In this document: piece after piece, positions 1-8,143 of the stretch | Numbering within the stretch: the stretch's first letter is position 1 | Layout of the letters: each line of letters starts with the position of its first letter | Assembly (NCBI GenBank): GCA_963802065.1 | Contig: CAWDHF010000004.1 | Coordinates: 31,204 to 95,203, forward strand | Origin: an uncultured delta proteobacterium | GTDB taxonomy: Bacteria; Myxococcota; Myxococcia; Myxococcales; Anaeromyxobacteraceae | Direction of reading: 5' to 3' | Length of the DNA stretch: 64,000 bases | Notes under the pieces: generated by a model | The model's input: only the letters and a program-made list of their open reading frames with translations | Told to the model about the DNA's origin: nothing | Database searches by the model: none | Position numbers and translations under genes: made by a program

Positions 1-270
1 CACGCGCGCTGGGGCGGGTATGCCCGGGAGCGCGGGATCATGACCATGGCCATCTTCGGCGGCGTCATCACCAGCCTCTCCTGGTTCGGCGTGAACATGC
101 TGGGGGTGGGCCTCCACTCCTACGGCTTCATGGACAAGGCCTTCTGGGCGCTCTCGGGCTTCGTGGCGAGCCAGCTCCTGCTCATGGCGCTTGCCATGGC
201 CCCCCGGCACTTCTGGAAGGGGAAGGCAGCCCGGGCCGCCGACGAGGCGGCGCACGCCGCCAAGGCGTGA
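1..270 (+). CDS. cytochrome c biogenesis protein, CcsA/ResC family, C-terminal fragment (5' end lies left of the window)
   Basis: Frame open from nt 1 to TGA 268-270. Terminal hydrophobic helices end in ...VNMLGVGLHSYGF, the His-containing C-terminal motif I associate with CcsA/ResC. High GC3. Confidence 0.5.
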   Translation, partial: HARWGGYARERGIMTMAIFGGVITSLSWFGVNMLGVGLHSYGFMDKAFWALSGFVASQLLLMALAMAPRHFWKGKAARAADEAAHAAKA

Positions 271-301
271 TAGGAAGCGTCCGCCCCGAGGGGCGGACCC
301 C

Positions 302-1924
302 ATGAAGCACCAGATCGCACGCCGGCGAACGTTCGCCATCATCTCCCACCCGGACGCCGGCAAGACGACGCTCACCGAGAAGCTGCTCCTCTACGGGGGC
401 GTCATCCAGCTGGCCGGGGCGGTGAAGGCCAAGCGGGGTAGGGCCAGCGCCGTCTCCGACTGGATGGAGATGGAGCGGGAGCGCGGCATCTCCATCACGA
501 CGAGCGTCCTGCAGTTCCCCTACCGGGGACTGCAGATGAACCTGCTCGACACCCCGGGCCACGCCGACTTCAGCGAGGACACCTACCGGACCCTCCACGC
601 GGTGGACGGAGCGGTCATGCTCCTCGACAGCGCCAAGGGCGTGGAGGCCCAGACCCGGAAGCTCTTCCGGGTCTGCCGGCAGCGGTCCATCCCCATCTTC
701 ACCTTCGTGAACAAGCTCGACCGGCCCGGACGCGACGCCTTCGACCTCATCGGCGAGGTGGAGAACGTGCTCGGCATCGGCGTCTACCCTGTCACCTGGC
801 CCATCTTCCGGAGCGGCGTGTTCCGGGGCGTCTACCACCGGCTGCGCCAGCGCGTGTACCTGTTCGAGGCCAACCGCGCCAATTCCAGCTCCACGGCCGG
901 CTCGGAGCGGCCGCCGGTGGAGGTGACCGGCATCGACGACCCGGCCCTTCGCGAGGAACTCGACGACGCCGGGTACGACAAGCTCCGCCACGACGCCGAG
1001 CTCCTCGAGATGGCCGGCGACAGCTTCGACCGGGAGCGCTTCGAGGCCGGTCAGCTCTCGCCCATGTTCTTCGGGTCGGCGGTGAACAACTTCGGCCTGG
1101 AGGCCTTCCTCGAGACCTTCTCCGAGCTCATGCCCCCGCCGCGCGCCCGCCCGTCCGACGCCGGCCCCATCGAGCCCTCCCGGGAGGAGTTCAGCGGATT
1201 CGTCTTCAAGATCCAGGCGAACATGGACAAGGCCCACCGCGACCGGGTGGCCTTCGTGCGCATCTGCTCCGGCAAGATGGTCCGCGGGATGAAGGTGACC
1301 CACGTCCGCACCGGAAAGGAGGTGCGGCTCGCCAGCCCCACCCAGTTCCTGGCCCGGGAACGCAGCGTCGTCGACGAATCCTACGCGGGCGACGTGGTGG
1401 GGATCCACGACCCGGGCAACTTCGAGATCGGCGATACCCTCACCGGCGGCTCCCGGTTCGCCTTCGAGGGAATTCCCAGCTTCGCCCCGGAGCACTTCCG
1501 ACGCCTGGCCCTCGTCGACCCCATGCGCCGCAAGCAGTTCGCCACGGGGATCGAGCAGCTGGCGCAGGAGGGGACCGTGCAGCTGTACCGGCCGCCGGTC
1601 GGACGCGCCGGGGACCTGGTGCTCGGTGCGCTGGGGCAGCTCCAGTTCGAGGTGGTGAAGTACCGGCTCGAGGCCGAGTACGGCGTCGAGGTGCGGGTGG
1701 AGGCCGTCCCCTGGGTGCTGGCCCGGTGGCCCAGCCGCGTCGACGGGGCTCCGGTGGATCTCGAGGCGCTGCAGGACGCGGTCGAGGGGATGGTGGTGCT
1801 CGACGTGCGCGAGCGACCGGTGGTGCTCTTCGACCGGGCCTGGGCGCTCCAGACCGCCGAGCGTGTGCACCCGGAGTACGTCTTCGCCGAGACCGCCACC
1901 GGCGTCGTCGTCCGCGCCGCGTGA
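302..1924 (+). CDS. prfC: peptide chain release factor 3 (RF3 GTPase)
   Basis: ATG at 302 (MKHQIARRRTFAIISHPDAGKTTLTEKLLLYGG...). GTPase motifs AGKTT, DTPGH, NKLD. Collinear with RF3 over the full length. The listed ORF start at 191 adds an Arg/Pro-rich non-coding-looking leader. Confidence 0.93.
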   Translation: MKHQIARRRTFAIISHPDAGKTTLTEKLLLYGGVIQLAGAVKAKRGRASAVSDWMEMERERGISITTSVLQFPYRGLQMNLLDTPGHADFSEDTYRTLHAVDGAVMLLDSAKGVEAQTRKLFRVCRQRSIPIFTFVNKLDRPGRDAFDLIGEVENVLGIGVYPVTWPIFRSGVFRGVYHRLRQRVYLFEANRANSSSTAGSERPPVEVTGIDDPALREELDDAGYDKLRHDAELLEMAGDSFDRERFEAGQLSPMFFGSAVNNFGLEAFLETFSELMPPPRARPSDAGPIEPSREEFSGFVFKIQANMDKAHRDRVAFVRICSGKMVRGMKVTHVRTGKEVRLASPTQFLARERSVVDESYAGDVVGIHDPGNFEIGDTLTGGSRFAFEGIPSFAPEHFRRLALVDPMRRKQFATGIEQLAQEGTVQLYRPPVGRAGDLVLGALGQLQFEVVKYRLEAEYGVEVRVEAVPWVLARWPSRVDGAPVDLEALQDAVEGMVVLDVRERPVVLFDRAWALQTAERVHPEYVFAETATGVVVRAA

Positions 1925-1943
1925 AGCCCGGTCCGGGGCGCCG

Positions 1944-2915
1944 TCACTCCCGGGTGGGCGGACCGGATGCGGGAGCCGGACCCTCCCGGTCGAGCCCCTC
2001 GTCGGCGTAGGAGGCGGGGTCCTCGAGCGCCTCCAGGTGGGTGAGCACGTGGGCGTTCGGGACGGCGAGCCGGATCTCCTGCTCGATCCGCTCGAGCAGC
2101 GCGTGCCCGCGGGAGACGCTCCAGGTCCCGGGGACGAGCACGTGGACCGAGACGAACCGGCGAGCGGCTGCCTGGCGCGTCCGGAGCGCGTGGAACTGGA
2201 CCTCCGGGCTACGGTGGGCGTCCAGGACCTGCTGGACGGCGCCCTGCTCGTCGGGCGGGAGGGCGGTGTCGAGCAGCCCCAGCGCCGAGCGGCGGATCAG
2301 CTTCACACCCGTCCAGGTGATGTTCAGCGCCACGCCGATGGCCACGACGGGATCGAGCCAGTGCCATCCGGTGAGCGCGACGACGCCGATGCCGGCGAGC
2401 ACGCCGGCCGAGGTCCACACGTCGGTCATGAGGTGGTGCGCGTCGGCCTCGAGGGCGATGGAGTGGTGCTTCTTCCCGGCTCGGAAGAGCACCCGGGATA
2501 CAACCAGGTTGACGATCGAGGCGCCGGTCGAGACGAGCAGGCCGATGCCGACCTGCTCGATGGCGCGCGGGTGGAGGAGCCGGTTCACCGCCGACCAGAC
2601 GATGGCCAGGGACGCCACCAGGATGAGGGCCCCCTCGACACCGCTCGCGAAGTACTCGGCCTTGTCGTGGCCGTAGGCGTGCTCCTGATCGGGGGGGCGG
2701 GCAGCCACCGTGAGCATTCCCAGGGTGGTGAGCGCCGCGACGAGGTTCACCACCGACTCGGCGGCGTCGGAGAGGAGGCCGACCGACCCGGTGAGGAGCC
2801 AGGCCGCGGTCTTGAGGGCGATGGTGACCGCCGCGGCGGCGATGGAGAGCCAGGCGAACCGGGCCAGGGACGGGCGCGTGTTCGTCACCGACCCGGCCGA
2901 CATCGCCTGCGTCAT
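1944..2915 (-). CDS. cation diffusion facilitator (CDF) family metal efflux transporter
   Basis: MTQAMSAG... with six hydrophobic segments, HAYGHDKAEY and HHLMTD motifs, and a cytoplasmic C-terminal domain. Its ATG overlaps the upstream stop (ATGA at 2912-2915). The 870 codons upstream in the listed 1194-aa ORF are shadow. Confidence 0.85.
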   Translation of the reverse strand: MTQAMSAGSVTNTRPSLARFAWLSIAAAAVTIALKTAAWLLTGSVGLLSDAAESVVNLVAALTTLGMLTVAARPPDQEHAYGHDKAEYFASGVEGALILVASLAIVWSAVNRLLHPRAIEQVGIGLLVSTGASIVNLVVSRVLFRAGKKHHSIALEADAHHLMTDVWTSAGVLAGIGVVALTGWHWLDPVVAIGVALNITWTGVKLIRRSALGLLDTALPPDEQGAVQQVLDAHRSPEVQFHALRTRQAAARRFVSVHVLVPGTWSVSRGHALLERIEQEIRLAVPNAHVLTHLEALEDPASYADEGLDREGPAPASGPPTRE

Positions 2916-3988
2916 CGGACCGGTCGCTCTCGCGCCGGGAGGATGTCGTGCAGCACCTCCCGGGCGCGCCGGAGCATCTCCACGGTGGTGTCCCAGCCGA
3001 CGCAGGCGTCGGTGACGGAGCAGCCGTAGCGCAGCTTCGACAGGTCGGCCGGGATGGGCTGGTTCCCCGCCTCGATGAAGCTCTCCACCATGAAGCCGAC
3101 GACCGACTGGTTGCCCTCGCGGATCTGGTGCACGACGTCGCGCATGACCAGCGGCTGGAGGTCGGGCTTCTTCCAGGAGTTGGCGTGCGAGCAGTCGACG
3201 ACCAGGTTCCGGGGCAGCTTCGCCTTGGCGAGGGCCTCCTCGGCGAGCGCGATGGAGACGGTGTCGAAGTTGGGGCGCCCCCCGCCGCCGCGGAGCACCA
3301 GGTGGCCATAGCGGTTGCCGCGGGTCCGGACGATGGCGGACCGCCCCTGCCCCGAGACTCCCAGGAAGCTGTGGGGACCGGCGGCCGAGAGGATGGCGTT
3401 CACCGCGCCCTCGATGTCGCCGTCGGTGCCGTTCTTGAAGCCCACCGGGGTCGAGAGGCCGGACGACATCTCGCGATGGGTCTGCGATTCGGAGGTGCGT
3501 GCGCCGATGGCGGTCCAGGCGATGAGGTCGCCGTAGTACTGGGGGGCGATGGGGTCGAGGGCCTCGGTCCCGGCCGGGAGTCCCAGCTCGTTCACGTCGA
3601 GCAGGAACTGGCGGCCGCGCTCCATTCCCTCGTCGATGCGGAAGGAGTCGTCCATCCGGGGGTCGTTCACGAACCCCTTCCACCCCAGCGACGTGCGCGG
3701 CTTCTCGAAGTAGACCCGCATGACGAGGAGCAGGGTGTCGGAGAGCTCGTCCGCAAGGGTCCGGAGGCGGCGCGCGTAATCCAGGCCGGCTACCGGGTCG
3801 TGGATGGAGCACGGGCCCACCACCACGAGGAGGCGCCGGTCGCGGCCGTCGAGGATGGCCTCGATCGCGCGGCGTGCGGAGACCACGGTGGAGGCTGCGC
3901 TCTCGGAGAGGGGGTGTCGACCCTTCACCTCGTCGGGCGAGGGCATGAGGTCGAGGGACGCGACGTTCAGGTTCTCGGTCTGCTGCAT
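2912..3988 (-). CDS. 3-deoxy-7-phosphoheptulonate (DAHP) synthase, class I (AroF/G/H type)
   Basis: MQQTENLNVASLDLMPSP... with VVGPCSIHD, EKPRTSLGWKG, GARTSESQTHREM and DCSHANS motifs. About 358 aa, as expected. Confidence 0.9.
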   Translation of the reverse strand: MQQTENLNVASLDLMPSPDEVKGRHPLSESAASTVVSARRAIEAILDGRDRRLLVVVGPCSIHDPVAGLDYARRLRTLADELSDTLLLVMRVYFEKPRTSLGWKGFVNDPRMDDSFRIDEGMERGRQFLLDVNELGLPAGTEALDPIAPQYYGDLIAWTAIGARTSESQTHREMSSGLSTPVGFKNGTDGDIEGAVNAILSAAGPHSFLGVSGQGRSAIVRTRGNRYGHLVLRGGGGRPNFDTVSIALAEEALAKAKLPRNLVVDCSHANSWKKPDLQPLVMRDVVHQIREGNQSVVGFMVESFIEAGNQPIPADLSKLRYGCSVTDACVGWDTTVEMLRRAREVLHDILPARERPVR

Positions 3989-4013
3989 GGGATCCCCATG
4001 GTACCAAGAACTC

Positions 4014-5957
4014 GTGACGCTGCTGCACGCATCCTCGATCGGCCTCGCCTTCGGCAGTCGGACCATCCTCGACCGGCTCACCCTCACCATCGAGGAGGGG
4101 GAGCGCGTGGGGCTGGTGGGCGTGAACGGATCGGGAAAGTCGTCGCTCCTTCGCATCCTTGCTCGCGCCGCCGAGCCGGATCGGGGCGAGGTCCAGCTGC
4201 GGCGCGGGGCATCGGTCACCTACCTGCCGCAGGAGCCGGTGTTCCCCGAGGGCGCCACCGTGGCCTCGGAGCTGGAGGTGGCGCGCGCGCCGCTCAAGGC
4301 TGCCATCGACGCCCACGCCGCCCTCTCGGCGCGCCTCGCCGGGGAGGCCGAACCGGCCCGGCACGACCGCATGCTGGCGGAGCTGGCGGCGCTCTCCGAC
4401 CGGGTCGAGCACCTGGGCGGCTGGGACACGGCCCACGAGGCCCGCCGCCTGCTCGACCGGCTCGGCGTGCCGGACTGGGATCGCCCCATCTCCGAGCTCT
4501 CCGGGGGAGCGCGCAAGCGGGTGGCCATCGCCCGGGCGCTCCTGTCCCACCCCGATCTCCTGCTCCTCGACGAGCCCACGAACCACCTCGACGCCGACAC
4601 GGTGGACTGGCTGGAGGACGAGCTCGACGGCCGTCCGGGCGCGCTGGTGCTCGTCACCCACGACCGCTACTTCCTCGACGACCTGGTCGACCGGATGCTG
4701 GAGATCACCGCCGACGGGAGCGTGACCAGCTGGCCGGGGAACTACGAGGCCTTCCTGGAGCAGAAGCTCCTCGCCGAGGAGCAGTCGGCGCTCGGCCAGC
4801 ACAAGCGGGAGCGCTGGATCTCGCAGGAGGTGGCCTGGCTGCGCCGGGGCCCGGAGGCGCGCCGCACGAAGAGCAAGGCGCGCATCCAGCGGGCCCGGGC
4901 CCTCATGGCCGAGAAGGGCTTCGTGCGCCCGCGCGTCGCCGACTTCCAGGCCTCGCCACCGCCCCGCCTGTCCCAGGTGGTGATCGAGGCCCACGGCCTC
5001 GGGAAGTCCTTCGGCGACCGCAAGGTGCTCGAGGAGGTCGACTTCATCCTGCAGCGCGGGGAGCGGGTCGGCATCGTGGGCCCGAACGGCGCCGGCAAGA
5101 CCACGTTCCTGCGCCTCCTGCTCGGCGAGCTGGAGCCCGACGCGGGAAAGGTGGTGACGGGCGTCCGGACCCGCGTCGCCTACCACGACCAGCAGCGGGC
5201 CACCCTCGATCCGGAACAGACGGTCTACGAGGCGGCCGGGGGAGGGGCTCCCGGCATGGCAGGAGAGGACTTCGTCACCATCGGGGATCGGCGCGTGGGC
5301 CTGCGCGACTACCTCGACGACCTGCTCTTCCCCCCGGTCATGCAGCGGATGAAGGTGAGGGTGCTCTCCGGGGGGGAGAGAAACCGTCTCCTGCTCGCAC
5401 GCCTGTTCCTCGAGGGGGCGAACGTGCTCGTCCTCGACGAGCCCACCAACGATCTCGACCTCGTGACCCTGAACGTGCTCGAGCGGCTGCTCCTCGACTT
5501 CGGGGGCAGCGTCCTCCTCGTGACCCACGACCGGTACTTCCTCGACAAGGTGGCCACCTCGATCCTGGCCTTCGAGGGGGACGGGCGGGCCGTCCGGTAC
5601 CCGGGCAACTACGAGATGTACCGGAGGCTCAGGGCTCCGAGGGCCGAGCCGGCGGCGCCGGCCCCGGCCAGGCCAACCCCGCCTCCACCGGCGCGGAGCC
5701 GTTCCGCCCGGAAGCTCTCCTTCAACGAGCAGCGTGAACTCGAAGGTATCGAATCCGCCATCCAGTCCGCCGAATCCCGCAAGTCGGCGGCCGAGACGGC
5801 GCTCTCCGATCCGGCCACCTACCAGAAGGGAGGGGACGTCGTTCCCGCCCTGCGCGCAGAGATGGAGACGGCCGCCGCCGAGGCGGAGCGGCTGTACGCC
5901 CGGTGGGAGGAACTGGAGTCGATCGCCGCCGCCAGCCTCAAGCCCGGGCCTGGATGA
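4014..5957 (+). CDS. ABC-F family ATPase (Uup-like, two ABC cassettes plus C-terminal coiled coil)
   Basis: Walker [12 protein letters not shown] and [11 protein letters not shown]. Signatures LSGGARKR and LSGGERNR. C-terminal coiled-coil tail. Start set at GTG 4014 ([14 protein letters not shown]...). The in-frame ATG 3987 would overlap the divergent DAHP synthase start. Confidence 0.88.
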   Translation: MTLLHASSIGLAFGSRTILDRLTLTIEEGERVGLVGVNGSGKSSLLRILARAAEPDRGEVQLRRGASVTYLPQEPVFPEGATVASELEVARAPLKAAIDAHAALSARLAGEAEPARHDRMLAELAALSDRVEHLGGWDTAHEARRLLDRLGVPDWDRPISELSGGARKRVAIARALLSHPDLLLLDEPTNHLDADTVDWLEDELDGRPGALVLVTHDRYFLDDLVDRMLEITADGSVTSWPGNYEAFLEQKLLAEEQSALGQHKRERWISQEVAWLRRGPEARRTKSKARIQRARALMAEKGFVRPRVADFQASPPPRLSQVVIEAHGLGKSFGDRKVLEEVDFILQRGERVGIVGPNGAGKTTFLRLLLGELEPDAGKVVTGVRTRVAYHDQQRATLDPEQTVYEAAGGGAPGMAGEDFVTIGDRRVGLRDYLDDLLFPPVMQRMKVRVLSGGERNRLLLARLFLEGANVLVLDEPTNDLDLVTLNVLERLLLDFGGSVLLVTHDRYFLDKVATSILAFEGDGRAVRYPGNYEMYRRLRAPRAEPAAPAPARPTPPPPARSRSARKLSFNEQRELEGIESAIQSAESRKSAAETALSDPATYQKGGDVVPALRAEMETAAAEAERLYARWEELESIAAASLKPGPG

Positions 5958-6324
5958 GCTCGATGCGGTAGCCGTCCGGGTCCTCGACGAAGGCGATGAC
6001 CGTCGTGCCGTGCTTCATCGGGCCGGCCGGCCGGACCACCTTCCCGCCGCGTCGCTCGATCTCCGCGCACGCGGCGTACGCGTCCGGAACCTCCAGCGCC
6101 ACGTGGCCGAATCCACCGCCCAGGTCGTAGCGGGCGGTGTCCCAGTTCCAGGTCAGCTCGATGGCCGCCGCCTCCGACTCGGGGGCGTAGCCCACGAACG
6201 CCAGCGTGAACCGGCCGTCCGGGTAGTCGTGGCGCCGGAGCAGCTTCATCCCCAGTACCTCGGTGTAGAAGCGGATCGAGCGATCGAGGTCGCCCACGCG
6301 GATCATGGTGTGGAGGATGCGCAT
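5938..6324 (-). CDS. gloA: lactoylglutathione lyase (glyoxalase I)
   Basis: [46 protein letters not shown]... is collinear with GloA. 128 aa. Its 3' end overlaps the convergent ABC-F gene by 20 nt. Confidence 0.92.
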   Translation of the reverse strand: MRILHTMIRVGDLDRSIRFYTEVLGMKLLRRHDYPDGRFTLAFVGYAPESEAAAIELTWNWDTARYDLGGGFGHVALEVPDAYAACAEIERRGGKVVRPAGPMKHGTTVIAFVEDPDGYRIELIQARA

Positions 6325-6328
6325 CGGA

Positions 6329-7111
6329 TCACTCGTACATCTTCCGGGTGCTGTTGCCCATGAAGCGGATCGCGGCCGGGCGGGAGAGGAGCCGCTGCAT
6401 GACGAAGTTCACGGTCCGGTTGAGCCGGCCGGCGACGACCACGGGCTTCTTCCCCAGCGCGGCGAGCGCCTCCGCGACGACCGGCCCGGATTCCATCATG
6501 GGGACCCTCTTCCGGGGGCGGGAAGCCTCGTAGCTGGGGGTCCGGGTGGGGCCGGCCCGGCAGGCCAGCACGTCGACGCCCGCCGGCCGGAGCTCGTCCC
6601 AGAGCCCCTCGGCGAGCACGATCTCGAAGGCCTTCGATGCCGCGTAGGCAGCCACGATGGGGGTGCCCTGGCCGCCGGCGAGGGAGGACATGAGCAGGAT
6701 GCCACCGCGTCCGCGCTCCGCCATGCGGCGGCCGAAGTGGTGGGCCATCGCGAGCGGCGCCCGGCAGTTCACGTCGATCACCTTCAAGAGGTCGTCGAGC
6801 GGCCGGTCGAGGAATGGGCCCAGCGCCGAGAAGGCGGCGTTGTGGACGAGGAGCCCCACCTCGTCCTGGCCCGCGAGCGCGTCCAGCACGGCGAGGAGGT
6901 CGGGGCGGGCCACGTCGGCCGTGGCCGTCCGGACCCGGATGCCGTGGGCGGTGCGGAGCTCGCCGGCGAGGGCCTCGAGCGGTCCAGGGCGCCGGGCCAC
7001 GAGCAGGAGGTCGAGCCCGCGCGCGGCGAGAGCACGGGCGAAGGACTCGCCGATGCCCTCCGAGGCGCCGGTGATGAGCGCCCACGGGCCGTAGCGGGCC
7101 CGGAAGTCCAC
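6329..7111 (-). CDS. short-chain dehydrogenase/reductase (SDR) family oxidoreductase
   Basis: [11 protein letters not shown] cofactor motif, NAA, and YAASKAF catalytic Tyr-x3-Lys. GTG start at 7111 abuts or overlaps the upstream TAG (TAGTG). Confidence 0.85.
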   Translation of the reverse strand: MDFRARYGPWALITGASEGIGESFARALAARGLDLLLVARRPGPLEALAGELRTAHGIRVRTATADVARPDLLAVLDALAGQDEVGLLVHNAAFSALGPFLDRPLDDLLKVIDVNCRAPLAMAHHFGRRMAERGRGGILLMSSLAGGQGTPIVAAYAASKAFEIVLAEGLWDELRPAGVDVLACRAGPTRTPSYEASRPRKRVPMMESGPVVAEALAALGKKPVVVAGRLNRTVNFVMQRLLSRPAAIRFMGNSTRKMYE

Positions 7112-7623
7112 TACGCTTCCTCGGTGAACGGGTGGGGCTGGAGCCACATCCGCGCGATGACCAGGACGGGCACGATCATCCACGGGGCATTCGCTCCCAC
7201 CACGACGGCGGGGAAGGGAGTCGCGTGGATGCCGCGCAACTCGTCCCCCAGGATGATGAAGACGTTGGTGAAGAGCATCGTCCCCCAGATGATGCTGGGG
7301 ATCCGGATCCACTCCCGACCCTTCACGTAGGCCCAGATGGCCGCCGCGTAGAACGGTCCGAAGACGAGGACGTCGAGCCAGATGGTGGCCCGGTACCAGG
7401 CCGGCCGGGCGATGAGCAGGGGGTCGAAGCTCCTCTCCCACCAGTGAACGAGAGCGAGCAGCCGCTCCGGGGGCCAGAGGGGAGGCGTGAAGCGCTGGAT
7501 GTCGTCGATCACCACCTGCTCGAGGCTCACGACGTAGGTCGTGAAGAACAGGTTGACGACGAAGAACACCACCAGCGCCAGGTCCCAGGGGCGCCGCCGG
7601 AGCGGCAGTACGCGCCGGGTCAC
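7111..7623 (-). CDS. EXPERA-domain membrane protein (TMEM97 / sigma-2 receptor / EBP superfamily homolog)
   Basis: Four hydrophobic helices. The string RPWDLALVVFFVVNLFFTTYV...PPLWPPERLLALVHWWERSFDPLL...WLDVLVFGPFYAAAIWAYVKGREWIRIPSIIWG reads like TMEM97/EBP family proteins. GTG 7623 overlaps the upstream TGA (GTGA). Confidence 0.6.
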   Translation of the reverse strand: MTRRVLPLRRRPWDLALVVFFVVNLFFTTYVVSLEQVVIDDIQRFTPPLWPPERLLALVHWWERSFDPLLIARPAWYRATIWLDVLVFGPFYAAAIWAYVKGREWIRIPSIIWGTMLFTNVFIILGDELRGIHATPFPAVVVGANAPWMIVPVLVIARMWLQPHPFTEEA

Positions 7624-8114
7624 TTGAAGGAGAAGTTGAAGAACGGGAAGACCGGGAGCATGCCGCCCTTGTGGATGATGTTGATGAGGCCGATCTGCAC
7701 GCCCTCCATGGTGTCGGTCTGGTTCACGATCCCGAGCTGCAGGCCCTTCACGTGGCTCGCCTGGTTGTAGAGGCCGGTCTGGAGCCCCTCGAAGTTCCCC
7801 TTGGTGATGCTCACGATCCAGTTGCCCTGCCAGCCCTTGAACTGTCCGTTCACGATGCTGACGGCGCCCCACTGCACGCCCTCGGCTCCGCCCGAGGTCA
7901 TGTTGACGAGCCCGAGATCGAAGCCGTTCACGAAGGCGTTGTTGCCGTAGAGGAGGCTGAAGCGGAAGCCGCTGATGCCCTCGGCCTCCGGGACGATCTG
8001 GACCGGCGTGACGAGGCCGAGGGAGATGGGCTTTCCGCCCGACTCGGCGCGCGAGGGGGCGGGAACCGCCAGGAGGGCGGCAAGGACGGGGAGGGCGAAT
8101 GCGAGTCGACGCAT
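7620..8114 (-). CDS. secreted repeat protein (about 7 tandem G-x-Q/x-x-G-x-x-N units), signal peptide
   Basis: MRRLAFALPVLAALLAVPAPSRA signal peptide. Repeated units follow: GFDLGLVNMT, GVQWGAVSIVNG, GLQTGLYNQA, GLQLGIVNQT, GVQIGLINII. High GC3. Confidence 0.7.
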   Translation of the reverse strand: MRRLAFALPVLAALLAVPAPSRAESGGKPISLGLVTPVQIVPEAEGISGFRFSLLYGNNAFVNGFDLGLVNMTSGGAEGVQWGAVSIVNGQFKGWQGNWIVSITKGNFEGLQTGLYNQASHVKGLQLGIVNQTDTMEGVQIGLINIIHKGGMLPVFPFFNFSFK

Positions 8115-8143
8115 GTTCGTTGCTCCTTGTGAGTGAAGGTTCT

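Noticed and set aside
182-1870. 562-aa ORF on the minus strand opposite prfC
   Set aside because: Antisense shadow of a clearly identified gene. Arg/Gly/His/Pro-rich, with no motifs. Typical of high-GC DNA.
2916-5528. N-terminal about 870 codons of the 1194-aa minus-strand ORF, plus the 929-aa plus-strand ORF 2948-5737
   Set aside because: Only the last 323 codons (the CDF transporter) make sense. The rest overlaps the DAHP synthase and ABC-F genes out of frame or antisense and reads as Arg/Pro/Gly low complexity.
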